Below are positions 47,112-57,479 of a stretch of 64,000 bases of DNA, piece by piece (position 1 is the stretch's first letter; every line of letters begins with the position of its first letter). A program made the translations under genes and the position numbers. The stretch is from Candidatus Atabeyarchaeum deiterrae (GTDB taxonomy: Archaea > Asgardarchaeota > Atabeyarchaeia > Atabeyarchaeales > Atabeyarchaeaceae): the NCBI GenBank assembly GCA_037310415.1, contig CP147780.1:1216001-1280000 (forward strand). Direction: 5' to 3'. A model generated the notes under the pieces. That model searched no databases and was not told the DNA's origin. It saw only the letters and a list, made by a program, of their open reading frames with translations.

Positions 47112-49244
47112 CTATCTTAGCTCTAGCTCCAGTGATGACTGGAGACCGTTCATTATATCTTCTGATTCGATTTCTCCCATTGCTTCAAGCAGCGTCGTAT
47201 CAATGCCTCTTCTATAATCTGACCCCAACTGAGACTTTACAGGTGGGAGCTTAAGTTCTGAGAAGTGATCAACAGACTCCCCAAGCGCCAGTAGGGTTTC
47301 TCTTTCGAGCGAGTTGACGTTGATTATTGGCATCTTCAAGTAGTCTTCTATGAGAAGCCGCGTCCAGTTCTTGCTTATTCTCCTACTTCCAATTACGAAA
47401 TATGCTATGAATAGTGTGCTGTTGAACCACGCCGCTAATGCCTTGTCCTTGAGTTGATCGTTTAGTGATACGATATGGAAGTCCTTTGAAGCGCTTAGAG
47501 GTGCGCGCGAGTAACATGCAAACACTCCACGGTTCCTAAATGAAGGATCAATCTTGTCTGGCAAGAAGACTCTTCCGAATGGTTTCTTGACATTGATCTG
47601 TTTATGAACGTGACTGTACCATTTATCCCCAAGCGCGTTGATAGCAGGGAGAGCCGTTTGACTTCGCTTACCCCAATCCATGTACTTCACGAGGTCGTTC
47701 GGTGGCCTCCCAGCGAAATCAGGAGGAATGCATAAGAGGTAATGTGACACGCGTGGACTCATCGTTTCAAAATAAAGCTTAGGTCTTCTCAATGCAGGCA
47801 CAAGGTACTCCCTTGGTATCTCGAGGTCAACTCCATCTTCACTACTTTGCACAGCTACTGTTTCAACGGTTTCTTGAATGATGTTCCAGTATCTGTTTGG
47901 AACAAAGAAGAAGTCTGGGCCATACATCTCAACCCCCCGCATGATGCTGTTCTTGCCGAGGATATCTTTCCAGAATCCAACTGTCCCCCTCTCCATAGCA
48001 TTGGCAAGTATCTTTGTCAATAGTTCTCTCAATCCTTTTTTGCCAAAGAAAGCCAGCCAATTCTGTTCCCAGAACGCGGATCTTGTAGTCAGATCAATCC
48101 AATTTACGCCATCATTACTAGATGCGTACTGTGAGATCAATTCTTCCGTCAATCGAATAGGGCTCTGACCATCAGCTTTCATTGTGATGAATGCGGTCTC
48201 ATTTCTCGATACAGATCCAGCCTTTGTTGCCACAAGGATGATCTCTTTGAACCCGCTGTACGCTGAAAAAGATGTTTCGATTGTACCTTCGATGAATGCA
48301 TTGAGTCGATATTTCTCAAGCAACATACTCTTGGCTGCTTCACCATAGACCGTGTAGAAGGTCGAAGCAGGTAGGACGGATACCATCAAACCGTTTCTAT
48401 CTAACAAGTAGTCCATTAAGAAGAGTGATACCAGCTGAAGGTTAAGCTGTTGTCGTGTCAAGTACTTGCTATAACCCAGTAAATCTACTGTGTCTCTGAG
48501 AAGATCTCTGTAGTCAGGTTCCAGAAGCTCCCATCTGGTGAATGGAGGGTTTGTGACCAATACATCAACCAAATGACTATTCATGCTAGTTTTTGTCCTT
48601 CGCGAGGTGGAATTAGTGAGTAGATCTCTGCGTACGTTCTCGAATATGTCTCCAACCCTTACACTAATCTTGCTCCGATCTCCTCGCAAGTAGTAGAGGA
48701 TTGCAGAGTAAGCGACCAGTGCAGATAACGGATGAGGTTCGACACCCCATACTCTCTTCACCAGAGAGGAATCCAGATGTTTCAGCGTCTCTGTAACAGT
48801 AAGCCCAGAGCCTAGAAAAGGATCGGCAAGTCTAACTGGGGCTCCCCGCTTCTTGACCGAGTCGGCAACTGTCTGAGCCATCAACTGCAAACCACTAGCC
48901 TTCGTGAAGTAGGCCGCGAGTCTTTTTCTCCTTTGCCGATTAATCAGCTTTTGCACTCCAACTTGATTCTCATATATGTCATTCTCAACAAGTATAGCTT
49001 CCTTATTCTGGACAAGCCTGCTCAGGAGCGCAATATGGTTGGTGGATAACCTTCCCAGCGACTTCATCTGAGGGAAATCTGCGTCTCTGATGATGGATCG
49101 TAGGTTTCTGCTCGGCAGAGACTTGCATATCGCTGCTAACGCTGTAACAGTAGCTTCGAAGGCTTTCTCTCTATCTTCTACGTCACCAACGCCCAACAAG
49201 GATAGCGCTTTTGCTTTGAGGTCTTCTACAGCTACTTCATACAT
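47112..49244 (-). CDS. N6-adenine DNA methyltransferase (gamma-type) with large C-terminal TRD; no nuclease domain seen
   Basis: RKRLAAYFT (motif X), DPFLGSG, TNPPF, VLP..F...YG. Confidence 0.78.
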   Translation of the reverse strand: MYEVAVEDLKAKALSLLGVGDVEDREKAFEATVTALAAICKSLPSRNLRSIIRDADFPQMKSLGRLSTNHIALLSRLVQNKEAILVENDIYENQVGVQKLINRQRRKRLAAYFTKASGLQLMAQTVADSVKKRGAPVRLADPFLGSGLTVTETLKHLDSSLVKRVWGVEPHPLSALVAYSAILYYLRGDRSKISVRVGDIFENVRRDLLTNSTSRRTKTSMNSHLVDVLVTNPPFTRWELLEPDYRDLLRDTVDLLGYSKYLTRQQLNLQLVSLFLMDYLLDRNGLMVSVLPASTFYTVYGEAAKSMLLEKYRLNAFIEGTIETSFSAYSGFKEIILVATKAGSVSRNETAFITMKADGQSPIRLTEELISQYASSNDGVNWIDLTTRSAFWEQNWLAFFGKKGLRELLTKILANAMERGTVGFWKDILGKNSIMRGVEMYGPDFFFVPNRYWNIIQETVETVAVQSSEDGVDLEIPREYLVPALRRPKLYFETMSPRVSHYLLCIPPDFAGRPPNDLVKYMDWGKRSQTALPAINALGDKWYSHVHKQINVKKPFGRVFLPDKIDPSFRNRGVFACYSRAPLSASKDFHIVSLNDQLKDKALAAWFNSTLFIAYFVIGSRRISKNWTRLLIEDYLKMPIINVNSLERETLLALGESVDHFSELKLPPVKSQLGSDYRRGIDTTLLEAMGEIESEDIMNGLQSSLELELR

Positions 49245-49459
49245 CCTTCTATCATCTTCGACAGTCGGTTAGTCGTGCAGGCTCTTCCCGTATCTCTTGA
49301 TATAGACGTTTCAGAATTATAAAGTGATTCGGAGCTCGTTCATCACCCGACTTTACAGGAGAAGGGAAGCCCACCAATCAGACGGTCTACCGGAGATTGG
49401 AAAGAAAGCGATGGATTGCAGGCTATCTGAGCCTGCACTTCCATTTGAAAAGACTCTTC

Positions 49460-50713
49460 TCACGGGAACAGCCCGAGTTTCGACATCGCGTCGGAAATTC
49501 TCTTAACAGCGATCATGTATGCCGCAATCCGCATTGGCACAATGTACTTCTGAGCCATGTCGTAGACGCCATTGAACGCCTTTACCATCTTGTCTTCAAG
49601 TTTGTCATTGAACTCCTCTTCCTCCCAGGTCTCTCGGTGAAGGTTCTGAACCCACTCGAAGTACGAGCCTAAGACTCCTCCCGAGTTCACTAGAACGTCA
49701 GGAAGGACTAGAATCTTGTTTTTGTTGAGAATCTCATCCGCCTCAGGAGTGGTTGGGCCGTTAGCACCCTCTGCAAGAATTCTACATTTGATCTTCTGGG
49801 CGTTCTCGTCTGTGATCTGGTTTTCCATTGCAGCAGGGACCAGAATATCGCACTTTGTGGTGAGCAGTTCCTCGTTACTTATACTCTTGGTTCCCGGATA
49901 GTCTACCACCGAGCCGGTTTTCTGAGTGTGCTTCACGAGCTCGTTAGCGTTTATTCCATTAGCATTGTGTACCCCGCCTTTCACGTCGCTCGCTGCGATC
50001 ATCTTGGCTCCCATTTCTTGCAGTATTACTGCTGTCCATGTTCCGACATTACCGTAGCCTTGCACGGCGAAGTTCACCTTGGTCAAATCGATCCCGAGTT
50101 TCTTGCAGGCTTCACGAATACAAATGGCTACTCCTCTCCCAGTTGCGGTTGTTCTGCCCACGCAGCCCCATAGCTCTAAGGGTTTTCCTGTAACGACCTC
50201 TGGAACCATGTGTCCAACTGCCATGGAGTAGGTGTCCATTATCCAAGCCATTTCTCGCGGACCAGTGTAGACATCCGGAGCTGGGACATCAACATAAGGA
50301 CCAATGAAATCTCTAATTTGGAAAGCATACCGTCTAGTCATCCTCTCAAGCTCACCGACCGACATCCTTGTTGGGTCGCAAGCTATGCCTCCTTTAGCTC
50401 CTCCGTAGGGAATGTCGATTACAGCGGTTTTGATCGTCATCCAAGCTGCCAGCGCCTTGACCTCGTCAAGGTTTGCGTTAGGATGATATCTTATCCCGCC
50501 CTTGTAGGGACCTCTTGCATCGTTGAACTGTATCCTGTAGCCTGTGAAGACCTTTATTGTTCCGTTGTCCATTCTTACAGGTAAGGAGATTTGCAGGGTC
50601 CTCTTTGGATGTTTAAGCCATTCTACCAAACCAGGATCCAGTCTCAGCTTTTCAGCACACAAATCAAGATTCTTAACATACGTGTCAAACGGGTTGATTT
50701 CTTGTTGCGACAC
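49460..50713 (-). CDS. gdhA: Glutamate dehydrogenase (Glu/Leu/Phe/Val DH), copy 1
   Basis: GPYKGGIRYHP, GGAKGG, DVPAPD, GYGNVG and EGANGP motifs; GTG start after AGGAGGTG. Confidence 0.93.
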   Translation of the reverse strand: MSQQEINPFDTYVKNLDLCAEKLRLDPGLVEWLKHPKRTLQISLPVRMDNGTIKVFTGYRIQFNDARGPYKGGIRYHPNANLDEVKALAAWMTIKTAVIDIPYGGAKGGIACDPTRMSVGELERMTRRYAFQIRDFIGPYVDVPAPDVYTGPREMAWIMDTYSMAVGHMVPEVVTGKPLELWGCVGRTTATGRGVAICIREACKKLGIDLTKVNFAVQGYGNVGTWTAVILQEMGAKMIAASDVKGGVHNANGINANELVKHTQKTGSVVDYPGTKSISNEELLTTKCDILVPAAMENQITDENAQKIKCRILAEGANGPTTPEADEILNKNKILVLPDVLVNSGGVLGSYFEWVQNLHRETWEEEEFNDKLEDKMVKAFNGVYDMAQKYIVPMRIAAYMIAVKRISDAMSKLGLFP

Positions 50714-51155
50714 ACAAACACCTCCTGCTATCACGAGGGAATGACTGGCCATGTTTAGACTGCTGGTAGCTCGGTTATCCCCTCGCTTAGAAGTACCTCC
50801 ATTCAGGTTGTTCTCTATGAATTTACATGTCACAACAATTTGTGGATAGGAGTTCTTATCTTTGTCTGGTCCCGAAATTGACAGAAAAAATCAAGTGCTG
50901 TGCCCAGCCTTGCTGAGACAGGTGGTCATCAGCTTGCAGGAATGCCCTCTCGACGAGTTCGAAGAGTTGACTAGGAATCATCCAGATAGGGTCGAGAATG
51001 GAACTTTTGAGAAGTGGCAGCAAGATCGTTTTATAGCTATTTCGTGAGAATTATCTGCGGGAATAGTCTGTCTCTTGGACATTGCATCGGCGGCTTGCTT
51101 CGTCTGATTGTAGTTGGTCGCCAATATTGGTCAACATCTTTGGCTTGCAGCAACT

Positions 51156-51638
51156 TCAAATCATGAAGTATCTTGGGCAGACTTCTGTTTTTTCAACCCA
51201 GAAAGATATCTGGACATCCTTAACTCCTGGTATGCCTGTGATTTCGTTTCTCAGGTTCGTCAAGTGTTCGAAATCGATGGCCACTCCGATGGCCAACACA
51301 TCGTGGTCTCCGACTGTCTTTGTGGCTACGATTATGCTTGGTATCCTAATCAGTTTTTCCAAAACCAGCGACGAATCGGTGGGGATGGATTCTTCTGCTG
51401 AGATCTGTGTGGGGGAGGTGTCAACCATGAATACAGCCATGGCTTGATAGCCGATTTTCTTTGGGTTGATTACAATTGTTGACCCGCGGATCACGCCCTG
51501 CTGTCGTAGTGCTGCGTACCTATTTATCACCGTGTCAGGTGAAATGCGAAGTTCTTCTGCGATTCTTCTGAAGGACATGCGAGCATCTTGAGTTAATCTA
51601 TTGATGATGGAGATGTCCGTTTCATCCATGTCTTTCAC
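51156..51638 (-). CDS. Lrp/AsnC family regulator
   Basis: MDETD..II..L.QDAR.SF..IAEEL HTH plus RAM domain. Confidence 0.9.
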   Translation of the reverse strand: MKDMDETDISIINRLTQDARMSFRRIAEELRISPDTVINRYAALRQQGVIRGSTIVINPKKIGYQAMAVFMVDTSPTQISAEESIPTDSSLVLEKLIRIPSIIVATKTVGDHDVLAIGVAIDFEHLTNLRNEITGIPGVKDVQISFWVEKTEVCPRYFMI

Positions 51639-52114
51639 CTTTTTTCAACGTTTTTGAACTCGAAATTCTCCGGGCATAGAAGTATCTCTTCGACCCAGAT
51701 GCTTGCTGTCACCTCTTCTACCATCGGGTGCCGTTTCACGTACTCTTTTACCTGTCCCAGCCTTCCGACGTTTCTTAGAACTGCTAGAGCAAATATGTTG
51801 TGCCTTCCCATGCATGGAGTGCAAAAAACCACTTCTGGCAGTTTTCCAACAAAATCAATTACGTCTCTCACATGGGGGTGATCGACACGGATTCCGAAGG
51901 TTGCAACACAATCGTAGCCAAAGCTTTTGGGGTTCAACAGTACCGTTGTTCCTCTGGCGACACCGTTTCTTCTCAATCTTTTGAATCGTTTACTTATTGT
52001 ATCAATTGACACCCCGCAATCCTTTGCAATATCCGCAAAGCTAGTGCGAGCATCTTTCTGCAGGGCCCTTATGATACTTAGGTCAATTTCATCGATTTTC
52101 GCTGGGGAAGCCAT
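51635..52114 (-). CDS. Lrp/AsnC family regulator
   Basis: IDEID..II..LQKDARTSFADIAK HTH plus RAM domain; overlaps neighbour. Confidence 0.9.
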   Translation of the reverse strand: MASPAKIDEIDLSIIRALQKDARTSFADIAKDCGVSIDTISKRFKRLRRNGVARGTTVLLNPKSFGYDCVATFGIRVDHPHVRDVIDFVGKLPEVVFCTPCMGRHNIFALAVLRNVGRLGQVKEYVKRHPMVEEVTASIWVEEILLCPENFEFKNVEKR

Positions 52115-52325
52115 CTCTCCATCCCTTATTCGAATAATAAGTTTCCTAGGTCTTAAACTCTATTGTTTTGGCTCAGAAATCTTACAATGTAGAACCAACG
52201 TCATGAGGGGTTGCACATCACTGGGCAGTATATACATCCTAATACTACCAGCTTATATTGTCCGATTTGTAACTAATTAAATAGACAAAATCAATTATGG
52301 GAGCTGCCAATACTTAGAATGTGGG

Positions 52326-52652
52326 ATGATAAAGATGATGCTAAAAGAAGTGCTTCAAGAGATTGAAAAGGGCAATCCAACCGAACAGCTCGAAAAGAAG
52401 AGATTTGCCTGCGCTCATTGTGGGAGCACGTGGGCCGAAATCGTCGGACTGGTCGTAGCGCACAATAATGGCGGCGAGGAGCTTTGCCTCAGAATCGGTA
52501 TGGAACCAGAAAGCTGCCAGATGTGTAGGTTACAAGCTAGAGAATGCCAAAAATGCGGTTCGAGAGAAGTATATGAAATAGACTTTGCAAAGAATGTTCC
52601 TCAAGGAGTTCCACTGAGCTTTAAGGGCATTAGGACGGTTAGCAGACGCTAA
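52326..52652 (+). CDS. Small Cys-rich (zinc-ribbon-like) hypothetical protein
   Basis: CAHCG, CQMC and CQKCG motifs. Confidence 0.65.
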   Translation: MIKMMLKEVLQEIEKGNPTEQLEKKRFACAHCGSTWAEIVGLVVAHNNGGEELCLRIGMEPESCQMCRLQARECQKCGSREVYEIDFAKNVPQGVPLSFKGIRTVSRR

Positions 52653-52973
52653 GGATTCTGATGCGGTCAGCGGCCATCATATACCGTCTTTTGTGTACTG
52701 TTCGCTTCTGCTCTTGTACTTCGGGAGCCGCTCACTTCTACTTCCTTTTTCTGAAATTGTCGAACCAAGATACTCTTTTTTCGCTCATTCTCGCTCGGGG
52801 GAGATGGCTAGCTATTTAAGGAGGACCCAATGACTCCCAAATAAGAGCATGGGCAAAAGAAGGGGACTCAAACTAGTGCGAGCCACGCATTCAATTCAGC
52901 ATAGCCCATCGCTTGAGTCGATGAGGGAATGGCGACCTAAAGCAAAAAGAATAACCAGGAGGAGAAATCAAAG

Positions 52974-54581
52974 ATGAGTGAAAGAGTTCATAGGAACTCA
53001 TCATATTTGAATGGTAAGTCAACAGCAGGAACTTCAACCAGAGTGAAGGACACTAGTTGCACTAGTGGCATGTGTCCGATTTGTATACGCGAATGCGCTT
53101 TCTTATGCGAGATAAGCTTATCAGCTTTCAGAGGAAGAGAGGCGCTTTACCCTGAGCCAACCTACTTTGGGTTGAGCACATCTGGAGCACTGAAAGACTT
53201 CGGATTGGACTGGTCACATTTCAATATCCATGCTGGCTTAATCGGAGCTGAAGGTATCGAGGCGGATTCCGACCGTGCCATATTTCCAAACGTTGACATC
53301 GAAACAAGTGTCGGTGGAATTCCTCTCAAGATCCCTGTCCTGATAGGTGCATTTGGCTCTACGGATGTTGCGCGCCTGAACTGGCGAGGACTGGGTGTCG
53401 GTGCGGCTCTCTCAGGTGTCGTCTTGACCGTCGGTGAGAACGTTTGTGGCATGGATGCTGACGCTGAATTCACCGATGGGAAGGTGACGAACTCTCCGGA
53501 GCTCAAGCGCCGAGTGGATATCTTCAGAGAGTTCTGGGATGGAAAGCATGGAGACATCGCAGTGCAGACGAACGTTGAAGACGATAGGTTTGGTGTTCAC
53601 ACCTACGCTTCATCAAAGCTTGAGGTTAATGTCATAGAGCGAAAGTGGGGCCAAGGTGCCAAAGCCATAGGAGGAGAAGTCCGAGTCTCAGACCTTAACA
53701 AGGCAATTCTACTGAAGAAGCGCGGCTACGTGGTCATCCCAGATCCTGAAGACAAGAATGTCCAAGAAGCTTTCAAGGCAGGCGCTCTACGAACATTCGA
53801 AAGACACAGCAGGGTCGGCATGCCAAACGAAAAAGACTTCCTTGAAGACATCGACTCCTTAAAGGAACAGGGTGTAAAACATGTCACACTGAAGACAGGA
53901 GCGTATAGACCGTCCGCCGTAGCCTTTACGATGAAGCTTGCCTCTGAAGCCAAGATCGACTACATAACTTTCGACGGTGCTGGAGGAGGAACAGGTATGA
54001 GCCCGGTGCCCATGATGGATGAGATGGGTATACCAACAATTTACCTTGAAACTCTGGTCTTGAAGTGTGCGGAGTTCCTTAAGAAGAAAAGAAGACGCGT
54101 GCCCGACATCGTGATGGCTGGTGGATTCATATCTGAATCACAGATCTACAAAGCTATCGCTTTGAGCAACTTTGGCGAAGCACCATACGTGAAGGCCACG
54201 CTGATGGCTAGGTCACCCCTTACAGCGGTCATGAAATCCTCATACTTCACGGAACTCTTTGAAAAAGGTCAACTTCCAAAAACCTTTGTCAATAGATATG
54301 GTAACACACCCGAAAACTTCTTCGTGAACGCGCCAGAGTTAAAGGCGGCGTACGGAGACAGATTCAAGGAGATACCGTGGGAAGCTGTTGGCTTATACAG
54401 CTACTTGCACGAAAGAATCGGAGTCGGATTGCGCCAACTTCTTGCAGGATCGAGGAAGTGGAAGTTAGCCGCAGTAAGCAGGAATGACCTAATTGCCTTG
54501 ACGGAGAGGGCTGCAAAGGTTACCGGAATACCGTTGCCAGAAGAATCCGAAATGGATGCTGTGAAGACCATACTATCATAG
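52974..54581 (+). CDS. FMN-binding glutamate synthase family protein
   Basis: KWGQGAK.IGGE, LKTG.YR, DGAGGGTGMSP, AGG; N-terminal Cys cluster; AGGAGG RBS. Confidence 0.88.
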   Translation: MSERVHRNSSYLNGKSTAGTSTRVKDTSCTSGMCPICIRECAFLCEISLSAFRGREALYPEPTYFGLSTSGALKDFGLDWSHFNIHAGLIGAEGIEADSDRAIFPNVDIETSVGGIPLKIPVLIGAFGSTDVARLNWRGLGVGAALSGVVLTVGENVCGMDADAEFTDGKVTNSPELKRRVDIFREFWDGKHGDIAVQTNVEDDRFGVHTYASSKLEVNVIERKWGQGAKAIGGEVRVSDLNKAILLKKRGYVVIPDPEDKNVQEAFKAGALRTFERHSRVGMPNEKDFLEDIDSLKEQGVKHVTLKTGAYRPSAVAFTMKLASEAKIDYITFDGAGGGTGMSPVPMMDEMGIPTIYLETLVLKCAEFLKKKRRRVPDIVMAGGFISESQIYKAIALSNFGEAPYVKATLMARSPLTAVMKSSYFTELFEKGQLPKTFVNRYGNTPENFFVNAPELKAAYGDRFKEIPWEAVGLYSYLHERIGVGLRQLLAGSRKWKLAAVSRNDLIALTERAAKVTGIPLPEESEMDAVKTILS

Positions 54582-54643
54582 ACTGCGAGAAGACGAACGT
54601 AAGAAAATTATGAATGAACTCCTATAAGAACTGGGGGTAGATT

Positions 54644-54874
54644 ATGAAAGCCTATGTGGAAATGAGTATCGCTCCTGGAAAGATCAAGGATATTCTAAGA
54701 GCGCTGAGGCGGATTGGTAACATAAAAGAAGTTAGTGCTGTAACTGGACACTGCGATGTCATAGCATCGATCGACGCGGGCGACATGGAAACCTTTTCGA
54801 AAATCTTACTGGAAAAGGTCCAGTCGCTGGACGGGGTTACCCGCACCGAAACACTAGTGTGTGTTCCAGCCTAG
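54644..54874 (+). CDS. Stand-alone Lrp/AsnC ligand-binding (RAM) domain protein
   Basis: VTG..DVIA, GVTRTET. Confidence 0.85.
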   Translation: MKAYVEMSIAPGKIKDILRALRRIGNIKEVSAVTGHCDVIASIDAGDMETFSKILLEKVQSLDGVTRTETLVCVPA

Positions 54875-54971
54875 TGAATTCCTGTGAATCTCTGCAGTGA
54901 CGGCAGTGGGCATGACGTTAGCGCCATTGAACAATGCGTCGTTGGGGGCGAAGGATGGGCAGACGATCAAG

Positions 54972-55000
54972 TGGGGATCCTAACTCCCCATACCTTTTTT
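54972..55000 (+). terminator. Hairpin plus T tract
   Basis: TGGGGA-loop-TCCCCA followed by TACCTTTTTT. Confidence 0.5.
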
Positions 55001-55408
55001 GCCGGCTGCCAGCCTACAGGTGTCTTTAGCTGTGACTATGTCAACCAAGCATTTAGAGTTTTGAGGAACTAGCTCTCGAATCGGGAAGGCAGGATCAACG
55101 ACCCTTGCTCCGACAACCCAACCAGAAGGTCGGAGAGTGAAAGCAAATCTCATCCCAAATACAAGCACAGGTTGAAATAGAAGTGGGGTTTTCCTAGGGG
55201 CGGCTTTTTTTCTGGGATCTCCGTCCTGCAGATCCCTTGCCATTTCCTAACTCTATGGAGATCCACCGCTACATCATGTTGATTAGGATGACGCGGACAT
55301 TCGGAGACCATGCTCCGAAGAACAAAGATCTGTTCAGTGTAAACAATCTGGCAATCTGATCCTGATCAGCCCAGGAAATAAGTCAACCAAATTCATTCCA
55401 GCATTGTT

Positions 55409-55461
55409 AAGAAAATAGAGAGGTGAGGAACGCAAAACATACTTGCTGCGTTCTCAACTCT
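55409..55461 (-). terminator. Hairpin plus T-rich tract downstream of gdh copy 2
   Basis: GAACGCA/TGCGTTC core stem with flanking pairing, followed on the minus strand by ATTTTCTT. Confidence 0.45.
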
Positions 55462-55487
55462 ATAAGCGGAACCAATTCAGAGTTTCT

Positions 55488-56744
55488 TTATGGGAACAGT
55501 CCTAGTTTCTCTGTTGCATCAGCGATTCTCTTCACTGCGATCATATATGCTCCAGTGCGCTGGTTAACCTTGAACTTCTGTGACATTTCGTAGACACCGT
55601 TGAACGCCTTCACCATTTTTTCTTCGAGTTTCTTATTGAATTCGTCCTCAGTCCAGCTCTCTCGGTCAAGGTTCTGTAGCCACTCAAAATATGAGCCTAG
55701 CACTCCACCAGAGTTTGCAAGAACATCAGGCAGAACCATTATCCCTTTCTTGAATAGGGTCTCATCTGCTTCTGGTGTAGTTGGACCGTTAGCTCCTTCA
55801 GCCACTATTCTGCAGCTGATCTTCGAAGCATTTTCACCTGTGATCTGATTCTCTAGCGCACAAGGCAACAATATGTCACATTTCGTGATAAGTAGTTCCT
55901 CATTAGTTGTGTTTTTCGTCCCGGGGTAGCCTTGCACTTTGTCAGTCTTTTCCTTGAATTCTAGGAGTTTCTTAGGGTCAATCCCCTTGGGGTCGATGAC
56001 TCCTCCTTTTGAGTCGCTAGCTCCAATCATCTTAGCGCCCCAACCAGCAAGTATCTGAGCTGCCCAAATCCCCACGTTTCCATAACCTTGAACTACGAAG
56101 GTTGCGATCTTCATGTCAATGTTGAGTTTCTTGCATGCCTCACGGACACAAAAAGCCAAGCCTCTTCCAGTGGAAGATTCCCGTCCTAGAGAGCCACCTA
56201 TTTCAAGTGGCTTGCCAGTGACTACTTCTGGAACCTTGTGTCCAACTGCCATAGAGTAGGTGTCCATTATCCATGCCATTTCTCTGCCGCTTGTGTAAAC
56301 ATCTGGAGCAGGAACGTCTATGTAGGGTCCTATGAAGTCTTTTATCGCGAAAGCGTAGCGTCTTGTCATTCTTTCGATCTCGCCTGGCGACATTTGCAGA
56401 GGGTTGCAAGTAATGCCTCCTTTTGCTCCACCATAGGGTATGTCGATCACCGCAGTCTTGATTGTCATCCATGCTGAGAGTGCTTTGACTTCGTCTAGAT
56501 TTACGTTCGGGTGGTACCTTATTCCGCCCTTAAATGGTCCTCTTGCGTCATTGAACTGCACCCTGTATCCCGTGAATACTTCGATTTGACCATTGTCCAT
56601 TCTCACGGGCAATGAGACTATGAGAGTTCTCTTGGGATATTTGAGTCGCTTTACGATTCCTGGGTCTATCTTCAGTTTGTCGGCACATAGATCAAGATTC
56701 TTGGTGTATGCATCAAAAGGATTCTTACTTTCTTTCGTAGACAA
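55488..56744 (-). CDS. gdhA: Glutamate dehydrogenase, copy 2
   Basis: Same motifs as copy 1; TTG start after AGGAGG. Confidence 0.93.
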   Translation of the reverse strand: MSTKESKNPFDAYTKNLDLCADKLKIDPGIVKRLKYPKRTLIVSLPVRMDNGQIEVFTGYRVQFNDARGPFKGGIRYHPNVNLDEVKALSAWMTIKTAVIDIPYGGAKGGITCNPLQMSPGEIERMTRRYAFAIKDFIGPYIDVPAPDVYTSGREMAWIMDTYSMAVGHKVPEVVTGKPLEIGGSLGRESSTGRGLAFCVREACKKLNIDMKIATFVVQGYGNVGIWAAQILAGWGAKMIGASDSKGGVIDPKGIDPKKLLEFKEKTDKVQGYPGTKNTTNEELLITKCDILLPCALENQITGENASKISCRIVAEGANGPTTPEADETLFKKGIMVLPDVLANSGGVLGSYFEWLQNLDRESWTEDEFNKKLEEKMVKAFNGVYEMSQKFKVNQRTGAYMIAVKRIADATEKLGLFP

Positions 56745-57020
56745 CTGGTTATCCTCCTTGCAGAATTGTCTGAATTACGGAAAAGGGTAGTTCCCTTTTT
56801 AACTTAATTGTTTACTTGGCACACCTATGTACTTGAGATGCTAGCGTTTTCCCAACCGTATAGCACGCTTTTCTTCACATTATTCGCAGCCTTGATAGAC
56901 TTTCTCGTAATTCACCTGAATCGGCAATGTTATCCCGAAAAGAAGAAAAGTGTCAAGGCAACAAACCCAAGGCTGACTCTTTATCCGCATGGATATAAGA
57001 AGGATCGTGCAATCGGAATC

Positions 57021-57479
57021 ATGCTTCGAAACTTCGGCTGGCTTGTCAAAGGTAAGATCGCAGGAGCCGCGCTTCCGGACTCACCTGACAGTTTCTCTGA
57101 ACTCTGGAACTCCGGAATCCGCGCTATCGTTAGTCTTGTGGAATGGCCCGTGGATGAACAACTGATAAGGAGCATTGGCTTCGAATACCTCCATCTGAAG
57201 ATTCCTTCCTATATGCCGCCAACACAAGAACAGATTGACAAGTTCATTGATTTTGTCGAGAGAATGGAGGAGCGAGATAAACCGATAGTTGTCTGCTGCA
57301 GGATGGGATGGGGGAGAACGGGATCCATGCTAGCTTCGTACTTAGTAAGGAAGGGATTCGGCTCCGGTGATGCGATCAGAGAAGTCAGAAAGAAACGACC
57401 TCGCTCCATTGAGTCGGCTGAGCAAGAAGCAGCAGTTCGAGAATACGCTACAAGGTTGAAGACACTAGGAACGGAATAA
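57021..57479 (+). CDS. Dual-specificity protein phosphatase
   Basis: CX5R motif CCRMGWGRTG, NFGW, VRKKRP.SIE..EQ; start set at ATG 57021. Confidence 0.88.
   Translation: MLRNFGWLVKGKIAGAALPDSPDSFSELWNSGIRAIVSLVEWPVDEQLIRSIGFEYLHLKIPSYMPPTQEQIDKFIDFVERMEERDKPIVVCCRMGWGRTGSMLASYLVRKGFGSGDAIREVRKKRPRSIESAEQEAAVREYATRLKTLGTE

Noticed and set aside
52686-52698. 13-bp match to the reverse complement of 37765-37777
   Set aside because: Matches of this length are expected by chance in 64 kb.
55050-55210. RNase P RNA-like words (GAGGAA..., GTGAAA, AATAGAAGTGGGGTT) in a 600-bp intergenic gap
   Set aside because: The P4 helix cannot be formed and the spacing is too short; only isolated hairpins are supported.
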